NCBI GenBank assembly: GCA_030704615.1
Contig: CM060733.1
Location: 72,912,001 to 72,976,000 of the forward strand
Source: Takakia lepidozioides
Lineage: Eukaryota; Plantae; Bryophyta
DNA length: 64,000 nt
Reading direction: 5' to 3'
Below the pieces are notes generated by a model, which saw nothing but the letters and a program-made list of their open reading frames with translations, was not told where the DNA came from and did not search any database. Below are positions 9,873-20,021 of this stretch, piece by piece. A program made the position numbers and the translations under genes. The number at the start of each line of letters is the position of its first letter. The stretch's first letter is position 1.

Positions 9873-12837
9873 GTTTCTAGTAGAGACTGAACCAGACAGA
9901 AGAGACCCTGAGATACTGAGCACAGAAATCACAAGGCAAGGAAAGGAAGAGAGTGCCACTCAGCTTTTATTGGAGTTGTCTCTTGAGGAAGATGTTGCAC
10001 ATGCCATCTTGATAGACCTACATCAGACTGACAGCACAGTGTTAGGAGTGAGACAGCGAAGGTTGAAAGAAGTGAAGACTCATGAAATAGATGAAATTCA
10101 CTACTACTTGTTGGCCTGGGCCATTTGGCAGTTCAAAGACTACTTACATAAGCTGCCTTTTGTGGTAAAAACTGACCTACAACCTCTCAAATGGCAGGAA
10201 GCAGGAAAAGTCAGAGGGACAGACTTGACTGATGGATTTATCTTTACTGTGGTGAGTCACCAAGCAGCTCCTGAACAGCAACAAACTGCGAGTGAAGAAA
10301 GCTGTAGTCAGTCCCCTGCAGTTACCAAAACAGCCTACCATAGAGGGGTCGAGAGTAGAATGAGATATGCAAGCAGTACGTCAGCAGGTAATGTCTTAAC
10401 CCTGACGTCAGATGAACAGTACCTAGGCTTGTGGGAGAAGAAAAGAAAACCAGAGGAAGAATATGAGGACACGGAGGAAGCATCCTCAGGTTCTGACACC
10501 TCTAAATCTGATAAAGATGAGGAGATGGGAGGCTCTGAGGAGAGTAAGGAGGTAGAAACAGCACTGAGGGATGTTGAGGAAATAATAGACGATGTCAACC
10601 TAGGGGAGGACTTGTTCGAGGACCAAGGGATGTCTGAACTCCTTCAGGAAGAGACCCATAAGAGCATGGCTGCTGCCATAATACAGGAAGCTTACCAGAA
10701 AGCTTGGAATGGTGAACTAGGGAACAACAACCTAGAAATAGAGGATGACTTCCATGATTGGAATCAGGTTGTCAAACAAGAGGAAGGACAGAGAATGGCT
10801 AACTCTGTAAGCCAGGTGGAGGGAAAGAATTGGGAACCCAGTCAAGAGGAAGAAATGGAGAGTCGTTGGAGAAGTCTGAAATCCAGACTGCACATCAACC
10901 CAGAACTGGCCCCAGAACATAGGATAGAGCTGGAGCAAGAGCTGAAAGCAAACCAGGAATGCTTTGCTCTTAGCAAGGCTGACTTGGGATACTGCAATGA
11001 GGTAGAACACACAATTGACACACAAGGTTTTCCCCCTTGCAGAAGTCGTCCCAGCCGCCTATCAGAATGGGAGGAAGACGAGGTCCAAGGACAAATTGAG
11101 ACTTTGATCTCACAAGGCAAGATGAGAGAGAGTAGTTCAGAATGGTCGTGTCCAGTTACCCTTCCACCAAAAAAGGATGGATCCAAGCGGTTTTGTGGTG
11201 ATTTTAGGCCAGTAAACCGTTTAACCAGAAGGGACTCTTACCCTATGCCATTAATTCAGGATGTTTTAAACCGGTTGGGGAAAGCCAAGTGGTTTTCTGC
11301 GCTGGATTTACAATCTGGTTTTTGGCAGATCAAAATGGACGACCGAGACATAGGCAAAATAGCAGTGATCACAAAGAAGGGATTGTATGAATGGCTAGTC
11401 ATGCCATTCGGGCTAAAAAATGCCACTGCTACCTTTCAGAGAACAATGAATAGAGTGCTCAAGGAAGAAATCAAAGATTGCGCTAAGGTTTTTGTAGATG
11501 ACGTCAATATCCATAGCAAGGACTGGGGAGATCACGTGGGACATATAAAGAGAGTATTGAGCAAGGTTAGAAAGGCCAATCTTAGGCTCAATCCGGACAA
11601 GTGTTACTTTGCCAACTTACAGTTGGTATTCCTTGGGCATGTGATCTCTGAAGAGGGAACGTGGCCTGATCCAGATAAGATAGCTGCTATTGAAAGGTTT
11701 CCCTTGCCCAAAAACCACACTGCTCTCAAAAGCTACTTAGGCATGACAGGGTACTATAGGCCCTATGTCAAAGGATATGCTGGAGTGGCAGTACCCTTGT
11801 TCACTCTAACCAAGAAGGATGTGAAGTTTATCTGGGGTGCAAAGGCACAAAACGCCTTTTCTGCCTTACAGGTGAAGTTGGTAACTGCTCCCATCCTGGC
11901 AAGACCAGATTTCTCAAGACCGTTCGTCTTGGATGTTGACTGGTCCATCAAAGGAGTAGGGGCAGTCTTGTCACAAAAGGAGTATAAAAAGGAGAGGGTC
12001 ATTGCATACGCCAGTAAGGTACTATCTGATGCTCAGCGCAAATATCACCCTATGGAAGGTGAATGCTATGCCCTGGTGTGGGGAGTATTACACTTTCGGC
12101 AGTACCTGTATGGAACCCCTTTTGTAATCAGGACTGATCACAAACCACTGGAGTGGTTGGCAACGGTAAGTGACGCATATGGACGCAGGGGTAGATGGAT
12201 CATGATGTTACAAGATTTTGAGTTTAAAATTGTTCACAGAGCAGGTGCTAGGCATGCTAACGTAGATGCACTAAGCAGGTATCCAGTGGGACCAGCTGAG
12301 GAAACCGAGGAAATCGAGGTATACTCTACTTCTCTGTACAGTCAGAAAAGAGAAGGGAGAAAGAGGGATGGAGCTTATCTTCTTAAGCTAGCTTGGGATA
12401 GGGGTGCCATCAATGCTTCGTTATTTCAATTTAAGGAGGGGAAGGAGGAGTTGAGAGAAGAAGCTCATAGGCAAGTAGGGTATAGCAGTGAAAAAGGGGA
12501 GATGATTTGCAAAAGAGAAGAGTACTATGCATGTGTATGGGGCCTTTGGCACTTCAAGAAAATACTATTGGGAAGTCATTTTTCTTTGGAAACAGATCTA
12601 GATCCATATTGGTGGCTATACTCAGAGCATCACATAGGCATAGACTTACTTGGTGACTTTTCATTTGAGTTCGTTCCGGGCATAGTAAGATCTTCCACAG
12701 GTGGAATGTTGACCAAGGATCATGGCATATTGAAGGGAGAACTGAAACCAGGCATAATGCCAGATGGAGAAGGAAAGAGGGTGACTTTTGCTGCACAGAC
12801 TTTTGCTACAAAAAAAAAAACAAGGAAAGGGTATTGA
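9847..12837 (+). CDS. Linker plus reverse transcriptase and RNase H, copy 2 (open frame)
   Basis: 996-aa ORF with LDLQSGFWQI, MPFGLKNA, FVDDVNI, FLGH, and RH LDVDWS/RTDHKPL/NVDALSR. Confidence 0.92.
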   Translation: MGMLMLLSRFLVETEPDRRDPEILSTEITRQGKEESATQLLLELSLEEDVAHAILIDLHQTDSTVLGVRQRRLKEVKTHEIDEIHYYLLAWAIWQFKDYLHKLPFVVKTDLQPLKWQEAGKVRGTDLTDGFIFTVVSHQAAPEQQQTASEESCSQSPAVTKTAYHRGVESRMRYASSTSAGNVLTLTSDEQYLGLWEKKRKPEEEYEDTEEASSGSDTSKSDKDEEMGGSEESKEVETALRDVEEIIDDVNLGEDLFEDQGMSELLQEETHKSMAAAIIQEAYQKAWNGELGNNNLEIEDDFHDWNQVVKQEEGQRMANSVSQVEGKNWEPSQEEEMESRWRSLKSRLHINPELAPEHRIELEQELKANQECFALSKADLGYCNEVEHTIDTQGFPPCRSRPSRLSEWEEDEVQGQIETLISQGKMRESSSEWSCPVTLPPKKDGSKRFCGDFRPVNRLTRRDSYPMPLIQDVLNRLGKAKWFSALDLQSGFWQIKMDDRDIGKIAVITKKGLYEWLVMPFGLKNATATFQRTMNRVLKEEIKDCAKVFVDDVNIHSKDWGDHVGHIKRVLSKVRKANLRLNPDKCYFANLQLVFLGHVISEEGTWPDPDKIAAIERFPLPKNHTALKSYLGMTGYYRPYVKGYAGVAVPLFTLTKKDVKFIWGAKAQNAFSALQVKLVTAPILARPDFSRPFVLDVDWSIKGVGAVLSQKEYKKERVIAYASKVLSDAQRKYHPMEGECYALVWGVLHFRQYLYGTPFVIRTDHKPLEWLATVSDAYGRRGRWIMMLQDFEFKIVHRAGARHANVDALSRYPVGPAEETEEIEVYSTSLYSQKREGRKRDGAYLLKLAWDRGAINASLFQFKEGKEELREEAHRQVGYSSEKGEMICKREEYYACVWGLWHFKKILLGSHFSLETDLDPYWWLYSEHHIGIDLLGDFSFEFVPGIVRSSTGGMLTKDHGILKGELKPGIMPDGEGKRVTFAAQTFATKKKTRKGY

Positions 12838-14701
12838 TCAATCAAGCTCTGTCAATCTGGTGAGGGAGGGTATTTGGGAGGATAAGGGTGCAGGAAGGAT
12901 AGAGGCTACTGCAATCAGCAACAAGGAAAGGGAGCATCTGATGCCCTCTTGTCCCACCATCCATGTGATTACCCGAGGATCTCGTGCTCGTGATAAGGAG
13001 CTAAGCGAGGTACATCCAGCCTGTGAACTTGTGGAAGAGAGATCGAACAATGAAAAGGGAAGCTTGCAAGAGACACCATTCCTTCAACACTTGACAAGCA
13101 CTCCAACAACAAGAAGAACGCGGGTGACTTCCTCATCAGAATGCCCAGCCAAGGAAAACATGGGGGGTGAGTGTTCCACCAAGACGTTTTGTTCTTCAGA
13201 CAGTGATGGAACAAGTGGTTCAGAACAAGACACTTCTTCTTGCAACAAGATTGATGAAGGGGACTGGGTACCATGGACCGCACCCACCAAAGCTACTCAG
13301 ATGTCATTATTACGTGAGGCTGAAAGATGGGGGAAAAGCTCTCTCATCAACTCTGACCATCATACAACAGCTGTTAAGGAGGAAAGGCAACCTGATGTGC
13401 TTGATGATGTGGAAGTCATGCACCTCTTATGTTTTGGAGAAGTCAATGACTACCTGACAAAAGAGGAGAGCAAGAGAACCAAGAGGCGGGCAAGGCAGTA
13501 CTCCTATCTCAAAGGTGAGGTCTACTTTGATGGAAGGGTAGTTCCACCAAGAACTGACAGAGGGGCAATAATCACTGAAGTACATGAAGCCACTGGCCAC
13601 TTTGGAGTTAGAAGAACACAAGAGGAGATATGCCAACGTTATTTCTGGCATGATAGAACAAAACTCATCAGGCAAGTACTCAAGGGCTGTGGTAAATGTC
13701 AGATGGCCAAACAGAACGGAGTGTTGCGCTCAGGTAGCTCAAAACTTCACAGCATTCCAGTAGTGGATCTGTTTTTCAGAGTTGCAATTGACACGGCAGG
13801 ACCATTACCTATAACCAGCAGGGGCAATCAGTACTTTCTGGTGGCAATCGATCACTTCTCAAAATGGATAGAAGCTGCACCAGTGGCAGATCATACAGCA
13901 GCCCTTGCTGCCCGCTTTCTTGAGGAAGAAGTAATTGACAGGTATAGCTGCCCACATACGTTGCTCACTGACAATGGCACAGAGTGGGGAGGTGAGTTTG
14001 AAGATACATGCCACGAATACGGTATAAAGAGGGAGCATAGCGCCCCCTACTGGCCTCAGTGTAACGGTATGGTGGAAAGGGTCATTAAGTCTCTCAAACA
14101 GAGCATCACCACCCTAGGAGTTGGAAACGACACTGAGTGGGATCAGAATCTCTATAAGGCCCTGTTTGGTTACAGAATGGGTGTCCATGCTTCCACTGGA
14201 TTCTCACCTTTTCAGGTACTTACTGGTAGAATTCCCAGGCTGGGAATTGACAACAGGTTGCATTTTCTTACAACACCAGTAAATTATGATGGATCTGTAG
14301 CAGAGGTCACACTTATGATGCAGCAGAAAATCCAGCTTCTCACAGAGATGAAGGCAAAGCTACGAAAGAGTGTGAAGAAAGGGCAGCGTCAACAGGCAAG
14401 AGATTATGAAAGAAGGCATCAAACAGGGCATCCCTACTGCACGTTGATGGAGAACAGCAAGGTAATGATGTTGAGGCCTGGAAAGAGGTCTTCCATGACA
14501 TCTCCATGGGAGGGACCCTATGACTTTTTGGGATACAAGGATGCAGGAAGCACAACCAAGACTGGAGAAGCTGCACGAAGATGCAGGTTGAGAGATGGAG
14601 CAGACAAGGAATGGGTAAGAAGTAGGAGGGATTTAAAACCCTTCATACCACCAATAGGTGTTCAGCCGTTAAAGGTGGTCAGTGAGGACCCTGACACTTA
14701 A
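12788..14701 (+). CDS. Gypsy integrase (HHCC, DDE, GPY); no recognisable chromodomain
   Basis: HEATGHFG...CGKCQ; AIDTAGP, TDNGTEW, NGMVER; WEGPY. Frame change at the A-run 12810-12820. Confidence 0.92.
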   Translation: MLHRLLLQKKKQGKGIDQSSSVNLVREGIWEDKGAGRIEATAISNKEREHLMPSCPTIHVITRGSRARDKELSEVHPACELVEERSNNEKGSLQETPFLQHLTSTPTTRRTRVTSSSECPAKENMGGECSTKTFCSSDSDGTSGSEQDTSSCNKIDEGDWVPWTAPTKATQMSLLREAERWGKSSLINSDHHTTAVKEERQPDVLDDVEVMHLLCFGEVNDYLTKEESKRTKRRARQYSYLKGEVYFDGRVVPPRTDRGAIITEVHEATGHFGVRRTQEEICQRYFWHDRTKLIRQVLKGCGKCQMAKQNGVLRSGSSKLHSIPVVDLFFRVAIDTAGPLPITSRGNQYFLVAIDHFSKWIEAAPVADHTAALAARFLEEEVIDRYSCPHTLLTDNGTEWGGEFEDTCHEYGIKREHSAPYWPQCNGMVERVIKSLKQSITTLGVGNDTEWDQNLYKALFGYRMGVHASTGFSPFQVLTGRIPRLGIDNRLHFLTTPVNYDGSVAEVTLMMQQKIQLLTEMKAKLRKSVKKGQRQQARDYERRHQTGHPYCTLMENSKVMMLRPGKRSSMTSPWEGPYDFLGYKDAGSTTKTGEAARRCRLRDGADKEWVRSRRDLKPFIPPIGVQPLKVVSEDPDT

Positions 14702-14979
14702 AAAAAGGAGACACACTACATATGTAGTGTGAATGCAGGGGGTAAAAATTCAAGTTTTTGTTTGGCATCAGGTTTCGGCACTACTACAAAGGGAGTGCCC
14801 TTCGTGCTAATGAAGGGGAGGAATTGTCCATAACTTGAGGTAATTCCATGGAAAGACTATGCTATTGATCTGCCAAGAACAAAATATGGCTAAGTTATGA
14901 CATGCACCTTTTTCATCCCTAGGATGAATGATTTTCATCCATGATGTTGAACCCTAGAAGCAGGATGTGAAATTCGAAG

Positions 14980-15525
14980 GGGAAGAGTGCGTGTATCTTT
15001 TCGCAGCTGCTGCAGTGGTGTTGGCAGCACATGATATCTGAGAAAGTTCCACCTACGCAAAGGGTATCAGCTTGTTTTTAAGAGAAACGTTAAGAGCTCC
15101 TGCTTGGCTTTCTGTGCAAGAAGAAGCGGTGCCGCCTTCTTCGTAAGCAATGATCAAACCTGAGGGATCAGGTTTGTGATAAGGGCGGTGCACCACTGCT
15201 GTCGCCATTGTCTTGATGAGCACATTAATGAGAAGATGGAGCGGCTCAGCAGGTGTTGGGGGATGAGAAATGCAGGCTGGTGTGTATAGCGCCTCAGGTT
15301 GTCTGTGATCAAATCTTGTAGCTGCTGTCTGTTTTTGAGCTTTAGGACCAGATCACTTTGTAAGGGAAGAGTGTAAGCATCTTTTCGCAGCTGCTGCAGT
15401 GGTGTTGGCAGTACAGCATATCTTAGGAAGTTCCACCTGCGCAAAGGGAATCAGCTTGCCTTAAAGAGCGACGTTAAGGGATCTGGCTTGGCATTCTGTG
15501 CAAGAGGAAGCGGTGCCGCCTTCTG
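14980..15525. repeat. Two ~160-bp direct repeats downstream of the PPT
   Basis: ATCTTTTCGCAGCTGCTGCAGTGGTGTTGGCAG...GAAGCGGTGCCGCCTTCT at ~14980-15140 and ~15365-15525. Confidence 0.85.
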
Positions 15526-16799
15526 GTGTGTATGGCGCTTAAGCTATCTATAATTAAGTTTTGTATCTGCTCTCTGTCTTAAGGGCTGTAGGACCAGATC
15601 ACTTCATAGGGAAGAAATGCACATGTAGAAGGATAGGGTAGAGGTTGGCAGGCACAAGGATGTGCCAGCAGCTGAAGCAGAGCCGTCATGCCTTAATGAG
15701 GACTGGAATCACGATAAGAAGAAACGTCGGAAATGGCTGACGAGGGAGAGGACAAGGTGCCTTCTTGACAGGCAGACCCACCGCTTCAATGAGTATAAGA
15801 CAGATAAGTTTGAAGAGTGGCCCCCCTTTTTGGTGACTTAGAAATCGCTTTGTGAAGTTTGGACTGTCTCTTGTATGTAGTAAGAGACACTGACATGTGA
15901 GGAAGAAAAAGAGCTTTGGAAATGGAATGAAGACACTGGACTTCAAACCAGGATGGACTGGAGATGGATGCACCTGCTGTTACATTGTACAGTAGGAAAA
16001 ATGAATGGAAACAGGGTTGACTCGTTGCTGGGACAGAATGGTTGCTGTTGTTGTATTCTTGTTCTTTGTTTCAGCGTCATGAGCTTGTACAAACAATCTA
16101 GCCTGGGATGTTGACACATTGCAGTCAATGTGGAACTAGCTTAGTAGGTAGAGGAAACCAGTGAGGGTTAGATAGAACTGTTTGGAAACAACAAGAAGGG
16201 ATGATGTGGATGGGGCAGAAAAACCAACATCTGTTTGGGTTTGGATCTGATTCTCAGAGTGCTCTCAGCATGTGAACCACTGAGGTTCACAGTTGATGGG
16301 AAAAAGAGAGCTGTCAGGGTGTGTAAATTGAGACCTGTAGAAGGGTTGAGAGCTGTCTTGGGCAAATGGCTACACCTGGGAAAAGTGGAGTGTGAAGCAT
16401 CTGTCATTGGCAAGAGAGGGACTGATAAAAGGGCTGATTATATCTTGTGTGACCAAGGTTGATTCCAATGCTGGGTGCACTGGATGCTTGGCTGAATGCG
16501 CATTGCATTGCATCATAGACATGCTACAGTGGAAAGAGTGAGGAACCTACTCACCCTGAAGGAAAGAGAGGCGGAGAGAGAAAAGGACATAAGGGAGAGA
16601 GCTGACCAGCAAGAGGGGATGGTGAGGAATGGATGATTGGGGAGGTAAGATAAAGAAAGCCTGAACCCATGAAGGGCCAAACTGGTGGGCCTGCAACTCA
16701 TGGCAGATCTGAGTTGCCTCCTTCTAAATCGTGATCTTATTACAAAGGGGCTTCCACGTGTTGCTGACCAAGGGAGCTGCCCACAAGGGCAGTGGTCAT

Positions 16800-18257
16800 C
16801 ACTGACGTAGGGCTGGTTGCATCACTGAAGACAGCATGGTAACATGGCTGGTGCAGTGTACCAGGGAGAGGATGTCGTGTAGAAGTAGAACCACGGGTGA
16901 AAACAATACAGACTCCCCATCCATGTCTTCTCTTCCGCTGCGGCGTGGATGAGGATTGTGTGAACTCTGATCATGAAGGACCTGAGGGAAACCCACACCG
17001 AGTGACGATGGTTGGATCACTGAGAGGAGAGCTCCTTTCCTTCCCTCCGATTGACCTGGGGAGGAGCACAACTAGACTTGCACAGAAGGGGATTCACGCC
17101 CCTTCTTTTCACACTACACAGGTCCATCGGGTTGGGATGTCCTGGTTGTAGTCTCAACCTCAGCTGTTGGGTCTACTTCTTCATACTTTTCCTCTTCCAA
17201 TTTCTTCTCTCTGTTTTCATCCTCCAAGTTCTTCTTCTTCACTCATGTAACTCAACTGCAATGGTGTTGGAGAGTCTGAACTCTCCGTTGGCTCTGCCAC
17301 ATCCTCTCCTCCTTCTTCACCTTCCGCTTCAGAAACTGGAGTTCATGCTTTTGGTGTTCCATGCCAACTCTTATCAAAGATTTCTGTCAAATCTTTTATC
17401 CAGGGATGTACCTCAGATCTTTCACCTCGTGATTGATCTTCTTCCCGTACCAATTCCCTGAATCTTTCTTGCAAAGAAACAGAAGGAGTGGCATCCAACT
17501 CTAGTTCTTCCGGTATGGGTGATGTACTCTTTGATCTTAATGGTGTGAGAGGTCCAGATGATTCCCCTATGTCTATTCCTCTCTCCCAAAGATATGGATA
17601 ATTAGCTTTCAGATAGCTTTCTCTTTTTGCTGAATATCTTTGGCGTCTAGCTTCTCTTTCATCACTCATGTCCCATGTCTTTCATTTCTTTTTAATGTGG
17701 CAATAACCAAAACTCTCTTCTGTAATATCTCTCGTATATGCCTGGGTTTCTTTCAAGCTTCAATGCACCCTTGGCTATACTTGAAGTCTCCGTTACCATA
17801 TAACCATATGGCAAACAAGTCTGGAAAGCTGTTCTTGGTGTGAGTTTGATCCACAAAATATCCTTTGGAATCCAATTCTTTACCAGTACAAGCTCTTCAT
17901 GCATATGAGTATAAACATTCACCTTTCTTTCCTCCCAGCCTTCAAACTCTACTCGCTTAATGGATAGTAAGGCTATCACATAAACCAATGTTGGTAACCA
18001 CCGTGCTCTTCCTCTATAGGCTACCTAATAAATCTTTATCACTCCTTTCTCCAGACCCCATTCCGGATCAGCATCATGCACTCGCTTAAGAATATTTTCT
18101 TACAACCGTCTGGCAATTCCAAGAACCTTTGAAAGAATTGTTTGGACAATCTTTCTTCCTTCATTCCACAGGGAATTTGATTCACTTCAAATTCTTTAAT
18201 GGTCCAACCACCATGATCCCACCAGATGCCTGTCACATCTGGTTGTTCATGACTCAG
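16800..18257 (-). pseudogene. Degraded 5' internal region/ORF of the LTR element at 18279-19219
   Basis: Lies immediately downstream of the PBS. Protein-like fragment MSDEREARRQRYSAKRESYLKANYPYLWERG (17669-17343); no domain recognised. Confidence 0.4.
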
Positions 18258-18276
18258 TTCCCCAGTATGGTCGCCA
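18258..18276 (-). promoter_or_regulatory. Primer-binding site (TGGCGAC type, probably tRNA-Arg)
   Basis: Minus strand TGGCGACCATACTGGGGAA begins 2 nt after the LTR-terminal CA. Confidence 0.7.
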
Positions 18277-18278
18277 AA

Positions 18279-19219
18279 TGTCGCGCGGCTTTAATTCACC
18301 CATCCCTTCGCTATCCGAGGCGGAAACTCCAATAGAAGAGTTGGAAATCTCTAAGTACTCAGCCCGCTCAGAACAATCAGTCATGACCTACAGCTAGTGT
18401 ATCATGGGGGTGTTTCCTATTTGTTTTCCTTTCCGCATTCATGTTAGCTAGCTACCTTACTATTGATAATTAAGTATCAGTTTGCTTCATCAATCTATTG
18501 GATTCCATCAACTCATCCATTCATTCCACAGCTTCACTCAGATCTCTCTACACAGTGTGAGTATGAAGTGTGTATCAGATTAATATCTATCAAGTATCAG
18601 GCTGAAGCCATGGTGTCTCTAATCTACTCTACATTACAATTCTATAGCTTGCATTCATCAAGTAACAACAGATCGTCACTTCTCCTACTCCGTGCTCTTC
18701 ATCTTTCCCCTCAGAGATGTGCTCTTCCCCCTATTTCCAAGCCCTGATGCCAGAAGTCCCCCACCCCGAAGTGATCTCCTGCCGCCTCCTTTCAGTCCTT
18801 GCTCCTAGTTTTATCTTCCTACCCGTTGTTCTAACCGCTTCCCTCACTAACCGTCGTCCGTGAACTAACATGTTCCCATTCGCAGGTGTTGTTCCCACAG
18901 TCGTTCCCTGTCCTGCTATCCGTTCCCTATGGTCGTGACAGCTGTGTGAAACTGTGACTGGCTGTGACCGGCTGGTCGGGCTGTGACTCTGTGCGACTGT
19001 GTTTGTTTGTGTCGGGCTTTGTGGCTGTGTCGGCTGTGACGGGCTGTGTCGGCTGTGCGAAGCTGTGACGGGCTGTGTTGGCTGTGACGGGCTGTGTAAC
19101 CCCCTTCTAAAGTGCGCTGCTGTCACCCCTAAAGCTCATGTTGGTCTCAGTCTGTGCAAAAATTAAGGGTACCCTACAGATCCCGTATAAGTGTCTAAGT
19201 CCCAGACAGTCCTCTAACA
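18279..19219 (-). mobile_element. 5' LTR (family A), TG...CA
   Basis: Minus strand starts TGTTAGAGGACTG and ends CGCGACA. Homologous to 39021-39866 and 26606-26847. Followed by the PBS. Confidence 0.88.
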
Positions 19220-19521
19220 AAATGCTGTACAACATTTCATTTCCTGACATGGCATTACCATACTTCGAATTTAAAATGGGGCGCCGCATTTCCATATTCG
19301 ACCTTGAACTATCCAAGCATGTCCAGTCGCTAATGCTTGTCCATGTCCATACTTGAAATGCGGCACCGCATTTCCATGTCCGTCATCGAAATTTCGTACC
19401 GGACAATGAAATGCGGCACAGCATTTCCGGAGAGCACAATGGAATGCGGTGCCGCATTTCCGTCGAAGGGTCTGGAATTGGACAAACAACGATGGAAGTT
19501 CTGGAAATGCGGCACCGCATT
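19219..19521. repeat. Array of 20-bp palindromes GAAATGCGG-CA-CCGCATTTC with variable spacers
   Basis: Copies at ~19219 (degenerate), 19273, 19355, 19408, 19441 and 19504; runs into the gap. Confidence 0.85.
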
Positions 19522-20021
19522 NNNNNNNNNNNNNNNNNNNNNNNNNNNNNNNNNNNNNNNNNNNNNNNNNNNNNNNNNNNNNNNNNNNNNNNNNNNNNNN
19601 NNNNNNNNNNNNNNNNNNNNNNNNNNNNNNNNNNNNNNNNNNNNNNNNNNNNNNNNNNNNNNNNNNNNNNNNNNNNNNNNNNNNNNNNNNNNNNNNNNNN
19701 NNNNNNNNNNNNNNNNNNNNNNNNNNNNNNNNNNNNNNNNNNNNNNNNNNNNNNNNNNNNNNNNNNNNNNNNNNNNNNNNNNNNNNNNNNNNNNNNNNNN
19801 NNNNNNNNNNNNNNNNNNNNNNNNNNNNNNNNNNNNNNNNNNNNNNNNNNNNNNNNNNNNNNNNNNNNNNNNNNNNNNNNNNNNNNNNNNNNNNNNNNNN
19901 NNNNNNNNNNNNNNNNNNNNNNNNNNNNNNNNNNNNNNNNNNNNNNNNNNNNNNNNNNNNNNNNNNNNNNNNNNNNNNNNNNNNNNNNNNNNNNNNNNNN
20001 NNNNNNNNNNNNNNNNNNNNN
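19522..20021. other. Assembly gap (500 N)
   Basis: Run of N. Confidence 1.

Larger units (their letters stand above)
5229..14825 (+). mobile_element. Ty3/Gypsy retrotransposon internal region with duplicated RT-RNase H (gag-PR-RT1-RH1-RT2-RH2-INT)
   Basis: PBS, then PR-RT-RH-INT domain order, then purine tract GAAGGGGAGGAA at 14812-14823 followed by TG. Confidence 0.85.

Noticed and set aside
19219-19521. CRISPR array
   Set aside because: Irregular spacing (33-82 bp period) and no cas genes.
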